From positions 1 through 64,000 of the forward strand of contig JBHGBC010000003.1 of the NCBI GenBank assembly GCA_041946805.1: a DNA stretch of 64,000 bases. Reading direction: 5' to 3'. Below, in pieces: positions 29,804 to 40,285 of the stretch (its first letter is position 1; the number at the start of each line of letters is the position of its first letter). The notes beneath the pieces were generated by a model. That model was given only the letters and a program-made list of their open reading frames with translations, was not told where the DNA came from and searched no databases. This DNA comes from a bacterium (GTDB taxonomy: Bacteria > Hinthialibacterota > Hinthialibacteria > Hinthialibacterales > Hinthialibacteraceae). The translations under genes were made by a program, and so were the position numbers.

Positions 29804-30862
29804 TTATTTCTCCAAAACCGGTGGAACGAATTTCTCCAGCTCCGCGTAGGTTTTGGGCACGGCGAACCGCCCGGCGGCAATCGCCTCGCGGGCTTTTTCC
29901 ACCATGGCCAACGCTTCCTCCGGGACAAGGGATCTGGTATGCCGCATGTCCGTCAGGCCCACGGCATTGTCCTTCAAGCCGGCCGTGTAAATGCCGCCCT
30001 GGAAATTCCCCTCGTACGCGGCCACGATCTGGTCCGCCACGACCCGGTCCATGCGCTTCAACACGCTGGTCAGAATCTTGCCCGGCGCGAGATCGTCCTG
30101 ATCGATGTCCACGCCGATGGCGAACACCCGGCCCGGCTGATCCTTCACCGCCTCGATCACCCCCAGGCCGCTGTTGCCCGCCAGTTGGAATAGAATATCC
30201 GCGTTCTGATTGATCAAGGCGGCCGCGATGGATTTCGCCTTCACCGGGTCGTCGAAGCTCCCGATGGTGGTGGAAAGGATTTTGACTTCCCGGCCCCGCG
30301 TCCGGCCCCCGGTCAGAAAGCCCGCGCGGAATCCCGCCGCGAAAGCCTCCACGGGGGGAATGTCCATCCCCGGCATGACGCCCGCCACGCCGGTCTGGGT
30401 GACATACGCCGAGAGCAGCCCGGCCAGGAAGGCGGCCTCGTTGGCGCGGAAATCGAAGCTGGCGATGTTCGCGCCCTTCACCTGCCCGTCGATGAAGATG
30501 TACCGCGTGGCGGGATTGAAGCGCGCCACCTGCTCCACCGCGTCCGCGATCAGGAAGCCCAGCGCGATCACCACATCGGCCCGTTCCGAGGCCGTATTCA
30601 GGTTGGCGAGGTAATCGGTCTGCTCTTCCGACTCGATGAACTTGACTTCGATCCTCTTCCCCTGCTCCGCCAGCCGCCTCTGGGCTTCCAGGCAACCCGC
30701 CCAGCCCGAGTCGTTGAAGCCCTTGTCCCCCAGGCCGCCCACGTCGGTGATCAAAACGGCGGTGAATTCGCGCCCGGTTCCGGTGGCGGACGGCTTGCTT
30801 TCCGAACATCCCTGCGACAACAACACCACACCGATCCACCCGGCGATCCACACGGATTTCAT
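29804..30862 (-). CDS. BMP family ABC substrate-binding lipoprotein
   Basis: Lipobox-like SQGC, GGLGDKGFND, AIGVDIDQ, TSVLKRMD. Confidence 0.93.
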   Translation of the reverse strand: MKSVWIAGWIGVVLLSQGCSESKPSATGTGREFTAVLITDVGGLGDKGFNDSGWAGCLEAQRRLAEQGKRIEVKFIESEEQTDYLANLNTASERADVVIALGFLIADAVEQVARFNPATRYIFIDGQVKGANIASFDFRANEAAFLAGLLSAYVTQTGVAGVMPGMDIPPVEAFAAGFRAGFLTGGRTRGREVKILSTTIGSFDDPVKAKSIAAALINQNADILFQLAGNSGLGVIEAVKDQPGRVFAIGVDIDQDDLAPGKILTSVLKRMDRVVADQIVAAYEGNFQGGIYTAGLKDNAVGLTDMRHTRSLVPEEALAMVEKAREAIAAGRFAVPKTYAELEKFVPPVLEK

Positions 30863-31044
30863 TTCCCGGCACCCCCGCTCGTTTCTCACGAGTATAGCAG
30901 TAATCCCCGTCCGTTTCTCCAGGGCCAAGCCGGCGCAACGGATCGGATTCTCATCACATCCTTCTCTCCCGCCGCACTTCGATCCACTCTCGCCCGCCCG
31001 GCTTTTCATCTACAATAACCACCATGAATTCGATGAGCGGCCCC

Positions 31045-31668
31045 ATGAAAAATCCGGCGTGGAAAATCGTGCACATCGGTTATCTCGCGAAAAAGCGGAA
31101 CCCGGGCGGGAACCATCCGTGGAACGGCCAGGCGTGCACCTCCACGCTCATCGAGACCGGGACGCGCCGGATCCTGGTCGATCCGGGACTCGAAAACACC
31201 GAAGATTTCCGGCGGATACTCTATCAGCAGACGGGATACGATCCCGAAGACATCGACACGGTTTTTCTCACCCATTTCCACCGCCGCCACTGGCAAAGCC
31301 TGCCGTTGTTCCGGAAATCGGCGTGGCTGATGGGCCGGGACGAGCTCCGCTGGTGGGGCCGCCACAACTTGAGCGAGGAAGAACAGGACATCCTAGCCCG
31401 CACCGTGCCGGCCGAGGATCATCCCGTGCCGGGCCTCGACATCCTGCCCACGCCCGGCCACGCCCATGGCTCCTGCTCCTTGATGTTCGAGACGCGCGAG
31501 GGGATCGTGGTGGTGGCGGGCGACGCCATCCTGACCTTCGATCACTTTGACAGCCGCGAGATCTCCGAAAACGCGCACGAGCCGCGCGAGGCCCGCCGCT
31601 CCATCGACCGCATCGCCAAGATGGCCGATCTCATCGTCCCCGGACACGACAATTATTTTGTGGTGTGA
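31045..31668 (+). CDS. MBL-fold metallo-hydrolase with atypical metal motif
   Basis: ILVDPG, VFLTHFHRRH, TPGHAHG, VAGDA, IVPGHD. Confidence 0.85.
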   Translation: MKNPAWKIVHIGYLAKKRNPGGNHPWNGQACTSTLIETGTRRILVDPGLENTEDFRRILYQQTGYDPEDIDTVFLTHFHRRHWQSLPLFRKSAWLMGRDELRWWGRHNLSEEEQDILARTVPAEDHPVPGLDILPTPGHAHGSCSLMFETREGIVVVAGDAILTFDHFDSREISENAHEPREARRSIDRIAKMADLIVPGHDNYFVV

Positions 31669-31674
31669 TACTGC

Positions 31675-34110
31675 TTACCTCGCCGGTTTGAATTTCACCA
31701 CGGTGACGCCGGAGCCGCCTTCGTAATCCATCCCCTCCTCGTAACTCTGCACGACGGGATTGTCCTTCAACAAGTGCCGCACGGCCTGCCGCAGGATTCC
31801 CGTGCCATGGCCATGGACGATGGTCACGGAGGGCAGCCCCGAGCGGAAGGCCTGGTCGATGTACCGCAGGACGACGGGGGTCATCTCGTCCACGGTCATT
31901 CCCAGAATATCCACCCGGCTTTCCACATGTTCGGGACGTTCCACCTGCACGCCGGCCAGAACCGTCTCGAGGACGGCCGGTTTGGCTTGCAGGATGGCCA
32001 GGACGCGGCTGGATTTCACCCGCAGGTTCATCGAGTTGATCTGGATTTCCAGTTCTTTTTTTGGCGGCCAGGTGTTCCGCACCACGCCCGGGCCGGAGAG
32101 TCCCTGCACGCGGACCCGCGTGCCGGGTTGCAGTTGGTCCCAGGTCCACTCCTTGCGCTCGGTGAACGAATCCTCGAAGCGGGGTTTGGCGTCTTCCAGT
32201 TCCATCCGGGCGATTTGCAGCGATTCCCGCAGATCGTTCAGCATGGAATCGGGCGGCGCGGCCCGGGTGCGGGTTTTATCGAGCAGGCCGGCCAGTTTGG
32301 CTTTCCACTGTTCGCGGAATTCCTTTTCCTGGCGGTCCAGGTCCTCCAGCCGCCGCTCCAGCTCCTGGATCAAGTTTTGGGCCTTGCGTTCCGAGCGCTG
32401 GATGACATCCTGGGCCTCGCGGCGGGCCTTTTCATAGCGTTTTTGCGCCTCTTCCCGCAGATGGGCGGCCTTGGCGATCTCTTCTTGCTGCTTTTCGCGC
32501 AAGGCTTGGGCGGCGCGCAGTTCATCCCCCAGGCGGGTCAGGAGTTCCTCGGGCGAGTCCCCATGCCGTTCCACCGTGGCCCGGGCGCGCTGGATGACCG
32601 GCGCGGGCAGCCCCAGGCGGTCGGCGATCTGGATGGCGTTGCTCTTGCCCGGCAGGCCGGCTTGAAAATGGAAAGTGGGTTGCAGGGTATGGGGATCGAA
32701 CTCCATCGAGCCGTTCTCCACGCCCTCCGTCCGGTAGGCGTAGAGTTTCAGCTCGTTCAAGTGCGTGGAAACCAGGAACGATGCGCCCCGCGCGCGCAGT
32801 TGCTCCAGGATCGAACACGACAAGGCCCCGCCCTCCACCGGATCGGTTCCCGAACCCAGTTCATCGAGCAGCACGAGAGTCCGGGGTTCCGCCATTTCCA
32901 GAATGCGGCGGATGTTGCCCATGTGCGAAGAGAAGGTCGAGAGGTTTTGTTCGAGGCTTTGCTCATCGCCGATGTCCGCGCCGATCTGCCGGTAAACCGG
33001 CACCACAGTGGTGGCGTCGGCGGGGATGTGCAGGCCGGATTGGGCCATCAGCGCCAAGAGGCCGACGGTTTTCAGGACCACGGTCTTGCCGCCCGTGTTG
33101 GGGCCGGTGATCACCAGGCCGCGGGTTTCGGGGGGCAGGGTCAAGTGAAGCGGCACGACGGCGTCCCGCCCGTGCCGGATCAACAGCAAGGGATGGCGGG
33201 CGTTGACCAGGTTGAGCGCCGCGTCCTCCACCATCCGCGGTTCGTTCATGTGGTGCCGGAGGCTGAAGCGGGCCTTGGCGGCCAAGAAATCGATATGGGT
33301 AAAGACGTCGAGGTTTTGGAGCAGGCCGTCCACGTGTTCCGCGATCAGGGCGGTCAATTCGCGCAAGATCTTGCGGATTTCCAACTCCTCGTCCCGGAAC
33401 AGCGATTTCAGCTGGTTGCCGTCCTCGACGATCTCCATGGGTTCCATGAAAACCGTTGTGCCCGTGGCCGAGCGGTCGTGGATGATCCCGGGAACCTTGC
33501 TCTGGTAGCGGGAATCCACCGGCAGCACGTAACGCCCCTCGCGCTGCGTATAATAAAACTCCTGGAGAAACTCTTTCCACGCCCCCCGCAGCAAGCGGTT
33601 GAGCCGGTTGACCAGGGTGGAGCGTTGGATCCGGATGCTCTTGCGGATCTTGGAGAGTTCACGCGAGGCCGTGTCGCGGATATTTTTTTGTTCATCAAAG
33701 ACCCGCGCCAGGGCCGCTTCGAGTTCCGGACACGGGACCAGGCGCGCGGCGTAGCGCCGGACGCGGGGAATGTCCACCTTGGCGTCCTTGAGCCGGGCTT
33801 GGATCCGGCGGGCGGCGGCGGCGGTTTCGCCGATCCGGATGATCTCTTCGGCATCGAGGACCGCGCCGGGGATAGCGCATTTCCGCAGCGGGGCGCGCAC
33901 GTCGTACAGGCCGTCCAGCGGGGGGGCCTGGCTGATCTCGTACAGGCGCGCCATCTCGGTGACTTCGGCCAGGCTTTCGCGGATGGTGGTCAGGTCGGTG
34001 AAGGGGGAAAGACTCTCGATGGCCTCCCGGCCCAGGGCCGAGGAGGCGAACTGGGCGAGAAGATCCTTGACTTTATCGAATTCCAGAACGAGCAGGGCGT
34101 GGCTGTCCAT
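31675..34110 (-). CDS. mutS2: endonuclease MutS2
   Basis: LEFDKV start, ITGPNTGGKT, DIGDEQSLEQNLSTFSSHM, LDELGSGTDP, C-terminal Smr domain (IVHGHGTGILR). Confidence 0.97.
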   Translation of the reverse strand: MDSHALLVLEFDKVKDLLAQFASSALGREAIESLSPFTDLTTIRESLAEVTEMARLYEISQAPPLDGLYDVRAPLRKCAIPGAVLDAEEIIRIGETAAAARRIQARLKDAKVDIPRVRRYAARLVPCPELEAALARVFDEQKNIRDTASRELSKIRKSIRIQRSTLVNRLNRLLRGAWKEFLQEFYYTQREGRYVLPVDSRYQSKVPGIIHDRSATGTTVFMEPMEIVEDGNQLKSLFRDEELEIRKILRELTALIAEHVDGLLQNLDVFTHIDFLAAKARFSLRHHMNEPRMVEDAALNLVNARHPLLLIRHGRDAVVPLHLTLPPETRGLVITGPNTGGKTVVLKTVGLLALMAQSGLHIPADATTVVPVYRQIGADIGDEQSLEQNLSTFSSHMGNIRRILEMAEPRTLVLLDELGSGTDPVEGGALSCSILEQLRARGASFLVSTHLNELKLYAYRTEGVENGSMEFDPHTLQPTFHFQAGLPGKSNAIQIADRLGLPAPVIQRARATVERHGDSPEELLTRLGDELRAAQALREKQQEEIAKAAHLREEAQKRYEKARREAQDVIQRSERKAQNLIQELERRLEDLDRQEKEFREQWKAKLAGLLDKTRTRAAPPDSMLNDLRESLQIARMELEDAKPRFEDSFTERKEWTWDQLQPGTRVRVQGLSGPGVVRNTWPPKKELEIQINSMNLRVKSSRVLAILQAKPAVLETVLAGVQVERPEHVESRVDILGMTVDEMTPVVLRYIDQAFRSGLPSVTIVHGHGTGILRQAVRHLLKDNPVVQSYEEGMDYEGGSGVTVVKFKPAR

Positions 34111-34122
34111 CCTCCCCCCCGG

Positions 34123-34422
34123 TCACAACCATTCCTGGGGATTGGGTTCGCGGATTTCCTTGTCCCGCAGCCACCGGTACAGGTAGCGGAGATGGCCGAG
34201 AGGCCCGACATGCTCCTTCCACAGTTTCAGAAACAGACTGCACCGGGGGCAGGCGTTCTTGGCCGGGGACAAGGGTTTTTCCATCATCACGAACAGTTTC
34301 TTTTCCCGGTTGCTGGGCATGGCGCGCATGGGGGACAGGATTTCCGGGCAACGGAAATTGCCTTCGACAAACGGGCAGATAAAATCGACGTGGCGCTTGG
34401 GCGACTGATCCAATGGAACCAT
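34123..34422 (-). CDS. small hypothetical protein with four Cys
   Basis: 99 aa directly upstream of mutS2; CPF...CPE...CPRC; GGAAGGA upstream. Confidence 0.55.
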   Translation of the reverse strand: MVPLDQSPKRHVDFICPFVEGNFRCPEILSPMRAMPSNREKKLFVMMEKPLSPAKNACPRCSLFLKLWKEHVGPLGHLRYLYRWLRDKEIREPNPQEWL

Positions 34423-34803
34423 CCTTCCCTATCACGGAACATCGGTGAACGCTATCAGTATAGCATCGCGAAGATGAGGTCAAAGACAAAGCGCGCGGCC
34501 CTTCCGGGAAAATCCTCTTTCTCCGCCTGAGGCTTGAAACAGCCGCGGCCACTTCCAATCACATCGTATTTGACTTTATCATTCTTTATGGTTCAGCCGG
34601 GGAGCGCGCGCGCCCGGATCCCATGCCCTGGATTGAAATCCCGGATTGCTGTAAAGCTTTCCTCAGAACGGGGCTCGTTATACCGGTCCGGGAAAGTCGA
34701 CGCGCAGGGGGACGGGGCGAAACAGCGTGACCAGGCTTTCCCTCACCCCGGCCCTCTCCCAGAGGGAGAGTGAACCCAAAAAAACACAAGGAGAAATAGG
34801 GAC

Positions 34804-36264
34804 ATGAAACGTGGCAAACCGAACCGCATCATGGGAGTTGGGATGGTTGGAGGACTGGTCCTGGCCCTGGCCGCCGGCACGGTGCTCGGAGACACGTTGA
34901 CCGTCAAGCCGGACGGGAGCGGGAATTTCACCACGATCCAGGCCGCCATCGACGCCGCCAAGCCGGGGGACATCATCGAGATCGGCACGGGCGTGTATAC
35001 CGAGGATGTCAGCATCGGCAACATCAACACGCCGAACAACAAGAAAAACAACCTGACCTTGAAAGCCGCCGCCGGGGCGAACGTGGAGATCCGCGCCGCC
35101 AACGAGAAGACCCGCGTGGAGAGCCTGGCCGCCCTGGGGGCCGATTTCGGCCCGGCGGACCGCACGGGCGTGTTCGTCTATGGCGATGGCGCCACGCTGG
35201 AAGGACTCAAGATCGTGCAGCCGGATCCCACGGTGAACGGTCTGGGCCTCAACCTGGCCATGATCATCATCAGTTCCGATGTCACGGTCCGGAACTGCGA
35301 ATTCGTGGGGGCCGGCGCCACCTCGGCGGGTGACGTGGTCGGCGCGGCGGTTTCCCCGCTCGACGTGGTGGGATTCTCCATGGGGCAATCCGTGCTGGCC
35401 AAAAACGTGCGCTTCGAAAACTGCAAGTTTCACGATTTCCCTTATGCCTTCGCCACCGCCGATCTGCCCCTGGAACTGGGCGTCCCCATCGATCCGCCGG
35501 ACGCGGCCCTGGTGAATTGCGAGTTCTACAACAACGGCACGGGGGTCGAAATGGATGACGGCGCGACCACTGTCGTGGACTGCGTGTTTCACGACGGCGG
35601 GACGGGCCTGAGCATCTCCGACGACGCCTCCACCATCCGGGGCTGCCATATCTTTAACAACGTGGAACATGGCATCCAGATCGACACGTCGGAAAACGAG
35701 GACAACGAGCCGGCGGGCAATCCCGCCATCGTGATCGAGAACTGCGTCATCGAGAACAACGGCGAGCAGGACACGCACAACGGCATCAACCTGGAGCAAG
35801 GGACGATCACCGTCCGCAATACCTTGATCCGGGGCAGCGCCGGCCCCTCCGTGTTCATCACGCCATCGGATCAGCGGGAAATCAAGGCCACGTTCGATCA
35901 TTGCGATTTCTACCAATCGTTCAGCGGCACCGGCATCAGTTCCACCGCCACCCCCAGCGGGAGCGCCACGGTGGAGATCGCCAACAGCATCCTCGTGGAC
36001 GCCGACGGCATCGTGAACGACGCCGGGGACCTGGTGGCCTTCAACGTGAGCTATTGCGATATCTTCGTAACCGGCACGCAATTTTTGGGGGACGCGGTCA
36101 CGTCCACCAACATCCTGAATGTGGAACCCGGCTATGTGGATCCAGCCAACGGCGATTTCCACCTCAAGGCGGATTCGCCGCTGCTCACCGCGGGGAAAGA
36201 TGGAACCTTCCTGGGCTCCCTGGGCAGCATTACCCGCGTGGAAAGCTGGATGCTGCAATACTAG
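34804..36264 (+). CDS. secreted right-handed beta-helix protein with C-terminal TRVESWMLQY tail
   Basis: Signal peptide, DGSGNFTTIQAAIDAA, parallel beta-helix repeats, GDFHLKADSP. Confidence 0.85.
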   Translation: MKRGKPNRIMGVGMVGGLVLALAAGTVLGDTLTVKPDGSGNFTTIQAAIDAAKPGDIIEIGTGVYTEDVSIGNINTPNNKKNNLTLKAAAGANVEIRAANEKTRVESLAALGADFGPADRTGVFVYGDGATLEGLKIVQPDPTVNGLGLNLAMIIISSDVTVRNCEFVGAGATSAGDVVGAAVSPLDVVGFSMGQSVLAKNVRFENCKFHDFPYAFATADLPLELGVPIDPPDAALVNCEFYNNGTGVEMDDGATTVVDCVFHDGGTGLSISDDASTIRGCHIFNNVEHGIQIDTSENEDNEPAGNPAIVIENCVIENNGEQDTHNGINLEQGTITVRNTLIRGSAGPSVFITPSDQREIKATFDHCDFYQSFSGTGISSTATPSGSATVEIANSILVDADGIVNDAGDLVAFNVSYCDIFVTGTQFLGDAVTSTNILNVEPGYVDPANGDFHLKADSPLLTAGKDGTFLGSLGSITRVESWMLQY

Positions 36265-36390
36265 GGCTCCAGGCCAGCGTTTTTTGTCTGAATCAGGAGG
36301 ATCAGGATTCACAAGATAACCAGATGATAATCGGGCAGACGGAATGTCTGCGGGACATAGACGAAAAGGACCGAAAGAACATCAAGGAAT

Positions 36391-36660
36391 GGGGCGGACA
36401 CCCAGGTCCGCCCCTATCCAATTCCCTCACCCCGGCCCTCTCCCAGAGGGAGAGGGGAAAGATTGTTCTCTCATCGGCTGTTGAGAAGAGTAGGTTATTT
36501 GTAACTATTTACTGTTTGCAGAACAGTTTCTGAGCGCCAACGTAGCGTTTAAACTATCCCAGAGCTTTTGCCCGGAGAGGATCATAGCCATGGCATTGAA
36601 TTCCCTCTCCCTCTGGGAGAGGGGCAAGGTGAAGGAAATCCTGAAAGGGCGGAATTCATC
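36391..36660. repeat. REP-like palindromes and degenerate MITE family 3 copy
   Basis: GGGGCGGACACCCAGGTCCGCCCC, two CCCTCTCCC..GGGAGAGGG units, GTAACTATTTAC end at 36501. Confidence 0.65.
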
Positions 36661-36731
36661 CTAATTCACGCCATCGGATTGATAGTCTAAAATTACGTGG
36701 AAAACCCATTTCCAAAAAAGGATCGAAAACC

Positions 36732-38012
36732 ATGATACGCCGCCGCTTTCTTTCAATTCTGCTTTTACCCCTGCTGGCCCTGTGGGTTCCGGCCGGATGG
36801 GGGGAAATCGCCGCCCGGGAAGGCCGGGGGTATCTCGAAATCGTGGACGGCCAGCGGGTGCTGCACTTGAAAGGCACGCCCCGCGAGATGGGTTACCAGC
36901 ACGGCAAACTGCTTAAGGACCTGGTCGTGACCAACCTGAAGAGCATCATCGACAACCAAACCCAGTTGGGGCAGACCAAGGAATACATGATGTACAAGAT
37001 GCTGCGGGGCGGGATGCACAACCGCCTCGCGCCGCATATCCCGGAGCGGTTTCTGGAAGAGATGCGCGGCCTGGCCGAGGGGGCGGGATTGCCTTTCGAC
37101 GAGATCCTGGCCGGCAACCTGTTCCCCGAGGCGTTTCATTGCAGCGGCATCGCCCTCATGGGCAAGGCCACAAAGGACGGATCGCTTTATCATGTCCGCA
37201 TCCTCGATTACATTACCGAGGCGGGTTTGCAGGACCACGCCGTGGTGATGCTGGTGGAGCCGGACGAGGGCCACGCGTTCATCAACATCAGTTACGCCGG
37301 TTTTATCGGCAGCATCACGGGCATGAACGACCAGCAGATCACCATCGGCGAAATGGGTGGCGCCGGCCAGGGTTACTGGGACGGCATGCCCATGAGCCTG
37401 CTGCTGCGCGACACGCTCGAACGGGCCTCCACCCTCAAGGAGGCGCTGAAGATCTACAACGACACGCCCCGCACTTGCGAATACTTCTATGTCATCTCCG
37501 ACGCCAAGATTCCCGACGCGCGCGGCCTCTATTCCACCCCCAAGCAGATCCATTTCGTGAAGCCGGGCGAGAATTTCGGGATGTTCGACGTCCCCCTGCC
37601 ACCCGAAGGCGACAGCGGCGGCCACCGGTTGCTGGTCAAGGGCTTCCAGTTGGTCCAATCCCCGGTCCAGACCCTGATCCAGTCGGCGGAGGGCAAGACC
37701 TTGGGCTTTTTGAACACCCCGCCGGAAGACAGCGTCATCCTCTCCGGCGAGGACCGTTACAAGGTCTTCGCGGAACGGTTGTTGGAAAATTACGGCAAGG
37801 TGGACGCGGCGTTGCTGCAGGAAATGATCAAGCGGCCGGTGGCGATGAAGGGCAATCTGCACAACGCTATTTTCCATCCCTCCACGCTGGAGGTCTGGGT
37901 GGCCAATGCGGGCTCCAACAGCGAGCCGGCCTGCGACCAGCCGTATTATCATTACCAACTGATCACGGACAAAAACCAGGACACCGTGATTGAAACATCG
38001 ATGGTGAAATAA
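36732..38012 (+). CDS. secreted C45-family autoproteolytic acyltransferase/hydrolase (Ntn fold)
   Basis: GTPREMGYQHG, EEMRGLAEGAG, FH-CSG nucleophile, GSITGMN. Confidence 0.85.
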   Translation: MIRRRFLSILLLPLLALWVPAGWGEIAAREGRGYLEIVDGQRVLHLKGTPREMGYQHGKLLKDLVVTNLKSIIDNQTQLGQTKEYMMYKMLRGGMHNRLAPHIPERFLEEMRGLAEGAGLPFDEILAGNLFPEAFHCSGIALMGKATKDGSLYHVRILDYITEAGLQDHAVVMLVEPDEGHAFINISYAGFIGSITGMNDQQITIGEMGGAGQGYWDGMPMSLLLRDTLERASTLKEALKIYNDTPRTCEYFYVISDAKIPDARGLYSTPKQIHFVKPGENFGMFDVPLPPEGDSGGHRLLVKGFQLVQSPVQTLIQSAEGKTLGFLNTPPEDSVILSGEDRYKVFAERLLENYGKVDAALLQEMIKRPVAMKGNLHNAIFHPSTLEVWVANAGSNSEPACDQPYYHYQLITDKNQDTVIETSMVK

Positions 38013-38075
38013 GCGCGGCTTGGAAAGCCCTGAATCGAGGGAGTGGATTCGCCATTGGGATGGAGGAAGAGACAG

Positions 38076-38249
38076 TAGGATGGATTAGCGAAGCGTAACC
38101 CATCTACACCACCATCCTACGTTTATTACGGAAATCATACGACGGGAAAGCAACCATCGAATCCCCTCTCCCTTTGGGAGAGGATCCGGGTGAGGGAAAG
38201 AAAAGTAGGCTTGTTTATAATGTAGGGGCACGTTGCAACGTGCCCCTAC
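38076..38249. repeat. REP-like palindrome mosaic
   Basis: GTAGGATGGATTAGCGAAGCGTAACCCATC, CCCTCTCCCTTTGGGAGAGG, perfect 28-bp GTAGGGGCACGTTGCAACGTGCCCCTAC (38222-38249). Confidence 0.85.
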
Positions 38250-38376
38250 TAACAGGGACATCGTTTCTTCTCCACCCCCTGACTTTCCCGGGGCGTTGCC
38301 TACACCCACCGCCCCGGATCAGGTACGATAGTTCCGGTTTCCGCATTCTATCCACGCATCCGAAAGGAGTCCGTCT

Positions 38377-40098
38377 GTGAATCGGTTTGGTTTCATGCTC
38401 ATTGTGGTAATTGGGATTGCGTTAATCCCCGGGGCCCAGGCCCAGTTTCCGGACGCGGCCGGGTACACGCCGCTCTTCAACGGGCAGGATCTGTCCGGTT
38501 GGACGGAACAATGGGAAGGCGACTGGTCCGTACAAAAGGGAATCCTCACCGGCAAGCAGGATCCGGCCGTGGGCAAGGATTCCTGGCTTTTCACCGAGGG
38601 CGAATGGGATGATTTTTCGCTCTTCGTGGAATTCCGGATGACCCCCAACTGCAACAGCGGCGTGGGCATCCGCATGCCGAAGGGGACCGAAGGGCGTCCC
38701 TCGCAATACGGTTACGAGATTCAGATCGCCGACACCGACAACGAGTTCCCCACGGGCAGCGTTTTCCGGCACGTGGCGGCCAATCAGAAACTGCACCGCT
38801 CCGGGTGGAATGAAATGTACATCGTCACCCATGGGGATCATATCGTCGTGTATCTGAACCGGCAGAAAGTAGTGGACACGCGGCTGGAAGGTTCGAAGAA
38901 AGGCCGCGTGGGACTACAAGTCCACGGCGGCGAGACCTACCGCGGCCAGGTGGTGGAGTTCCGGACCGTCAAGATCAAGGACCTGAAGCCGCAATACCAG
39001 GCCGCGCCCTCACCCCTGCAGTTCAAGATCCACCAACTGGATGGCGGCCTCAGCGAGGGCTGCACGGTGACCGACATCAACCGCGACGGCAAGCTCGACA
39101 TCACGTGCGGCTCGTTTTGGTACGAAGCGCCCGCCTGGACCCAGCACAAACTGCGTGAAGTGGCCATCGAGGGAGAATACGCCAGCAATTACGGCGAGTA
39201 TGCCATGGACGTCAACCGTGACGGCTGGCCGGATATCATTTCCGGCGGCTGGTTCACGCCGGTCATGTCGTGGTTCGAACATCCGGGAGGAAACAACCTG
39301 GATCAACTCTGGAAGGAACACGTCATCGCCACCGATCTTTCCTCCACCGAAGGCATTCTGCTGCGCGATGTGGATTACGACGGCCGCCCGGACATCCTGG
39401 TCAACCGCTACGATGACACCCAACCCGTCGCCTATTTCGCCTACGTGGGCCTGGAGAAAAGCGAGTCCGGATTCGAGCGCCGGATCATCGGCGCGGAGGG
39501 CCGGGGCCATGGCGCGGGCATCGGCGATGTCAACGGCGACGGCCGCGACGATGTGCTCACTCCCGGCGGCTGGTACGAATGCCCCCTGCTGCCCGCCACC
39601 CAGGCGTGGACTTTCCACGGCAATTTCAAGGCGCCGCATTCGGGCATCCCCTTCCTTGTGGATGATTTCAACCAGGACGGCCTGGCGGACATCGTCTGGG
39701 GGCACGCCCACGATTTCGGCCTTTTCTGGCTCGAACAAACCCGCGACAGCGCCGGACGGCAGGCGTGGATCGAGCACACCATCGATAACACGTTCTCGCA
39801 GATCCACTGCCCCATCCTGGTGGACCTGGACGGCGACGGGACCCAGGACATCGTCGCCGGGAAACGCTACCGCGGCCACAACGGGGCGGATCCGGGCGCC
39901 ATGGAGCCGCTGTGCATCTTCTGGTACAAAGTGGTGAAAGGCGCTGATCCCCAGTTCCTAAAGCACATCGTCACCTATGATGACAACGTGGGCGTGGGCA
40001 TGAACACCCAGGTGGTGGACGTGGACCAGGACGGCGACCTCGACCTCGCCGCGCCGGGCAAGACCGGCATCCATTTCATCGAAAACCTGAGCCGGTGA
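38377..40098 (+). CDS. secreted DUF1080 (3-keto-disaccharide hydrolase-like) plus FG-GAP/VCBS repeat protein
   Basis: PLFNGQDLSGW, NSGV, YEIQI, GLQVHG; multiple DxNxDGxxD repeats. Confidence 0.9.
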   Translation: MNRFGFMLIVVIGIALIPGAQAQFPDAAGYTPLFNGQDLSGWTEQWEGDWSVQKGILTGKQDPAVGKDSWLFTEGEWDDFSLFVEFRMTPNCNSGVGIRMPKGTEGRPSQYGYEIQIADTDNEFPTGSVFRHVAANQKLHRSGWNEMYIVTHGDHIVVYLNRQKVVDTRLEGSKKGRVGLQVHGGETYRGQVVEFRTVKIKDLKPQYQAAPSPLQFKIHQLDGGLSEGCTVTDINRDGKLDITCGSFWYEAPAWTQHKLREVAIEGEYASNYGEYAMDVNRDGWPDIISGGWFTPVMSWFEHPGGNNLDQLWKEHVIATDLSSTEGILLRDVDYDGRPDILVNRYDDTQPVAYFAYVGLEKSESGFERRIIGAEGRGHGAGIGDVNGDGRDDVLTPGGWYECPLLPATQAWTFHGNFKAPHSGIPFLVDDFNQDGLADIVWGHAHDFGLFWLEQTRDSAGRQAWIEHTIDNTFSQIHCPILVDLDGDGTQDIVAGKRYRGHNGADPGAMEPLCIFWYKVVKGADPQFLKHIVTYDDNVGVGMNTQVVDVDQDGDLDLAAPGKTGIHFIENLSR

Positions 40099-40236
40099 TT
40101 TCCGCAATCCCATCTTTGCAGCGCAGGCTTTCAGCCTGTAATTCCTTCTCACGGGTATGGGAGAAAATCGGTAATGTCATTGAACTGAGATTGGTTTGTC
40201 CTCCCCGCGCCAGCGGGGATCCCGGGACTGTTTACC

Positions 40237-40270
40237 GCAGGGGCATGTGATCACGTGCCCCTGTTTTTTT
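40237..40270 (+). terminator. REP-like hairpin with T-tract, probable terminator
   Basis: CAGGGGCATGTGATCACGTGCCCCTG followed by a T run. Confidence 0.55.
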
Positions 40271-40285
40271 CGTATTTAAATTCTG

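Noticed and set aside
31774..34530. 918-aa plus-strand ORF, and similar long ORFs such as 57356-59503, 26897-28555, 45482-47023 and 34678-36312
   Set aside because: Antisense shadows of well-supported genes in GC-rich DNA; no recognisable motifs.
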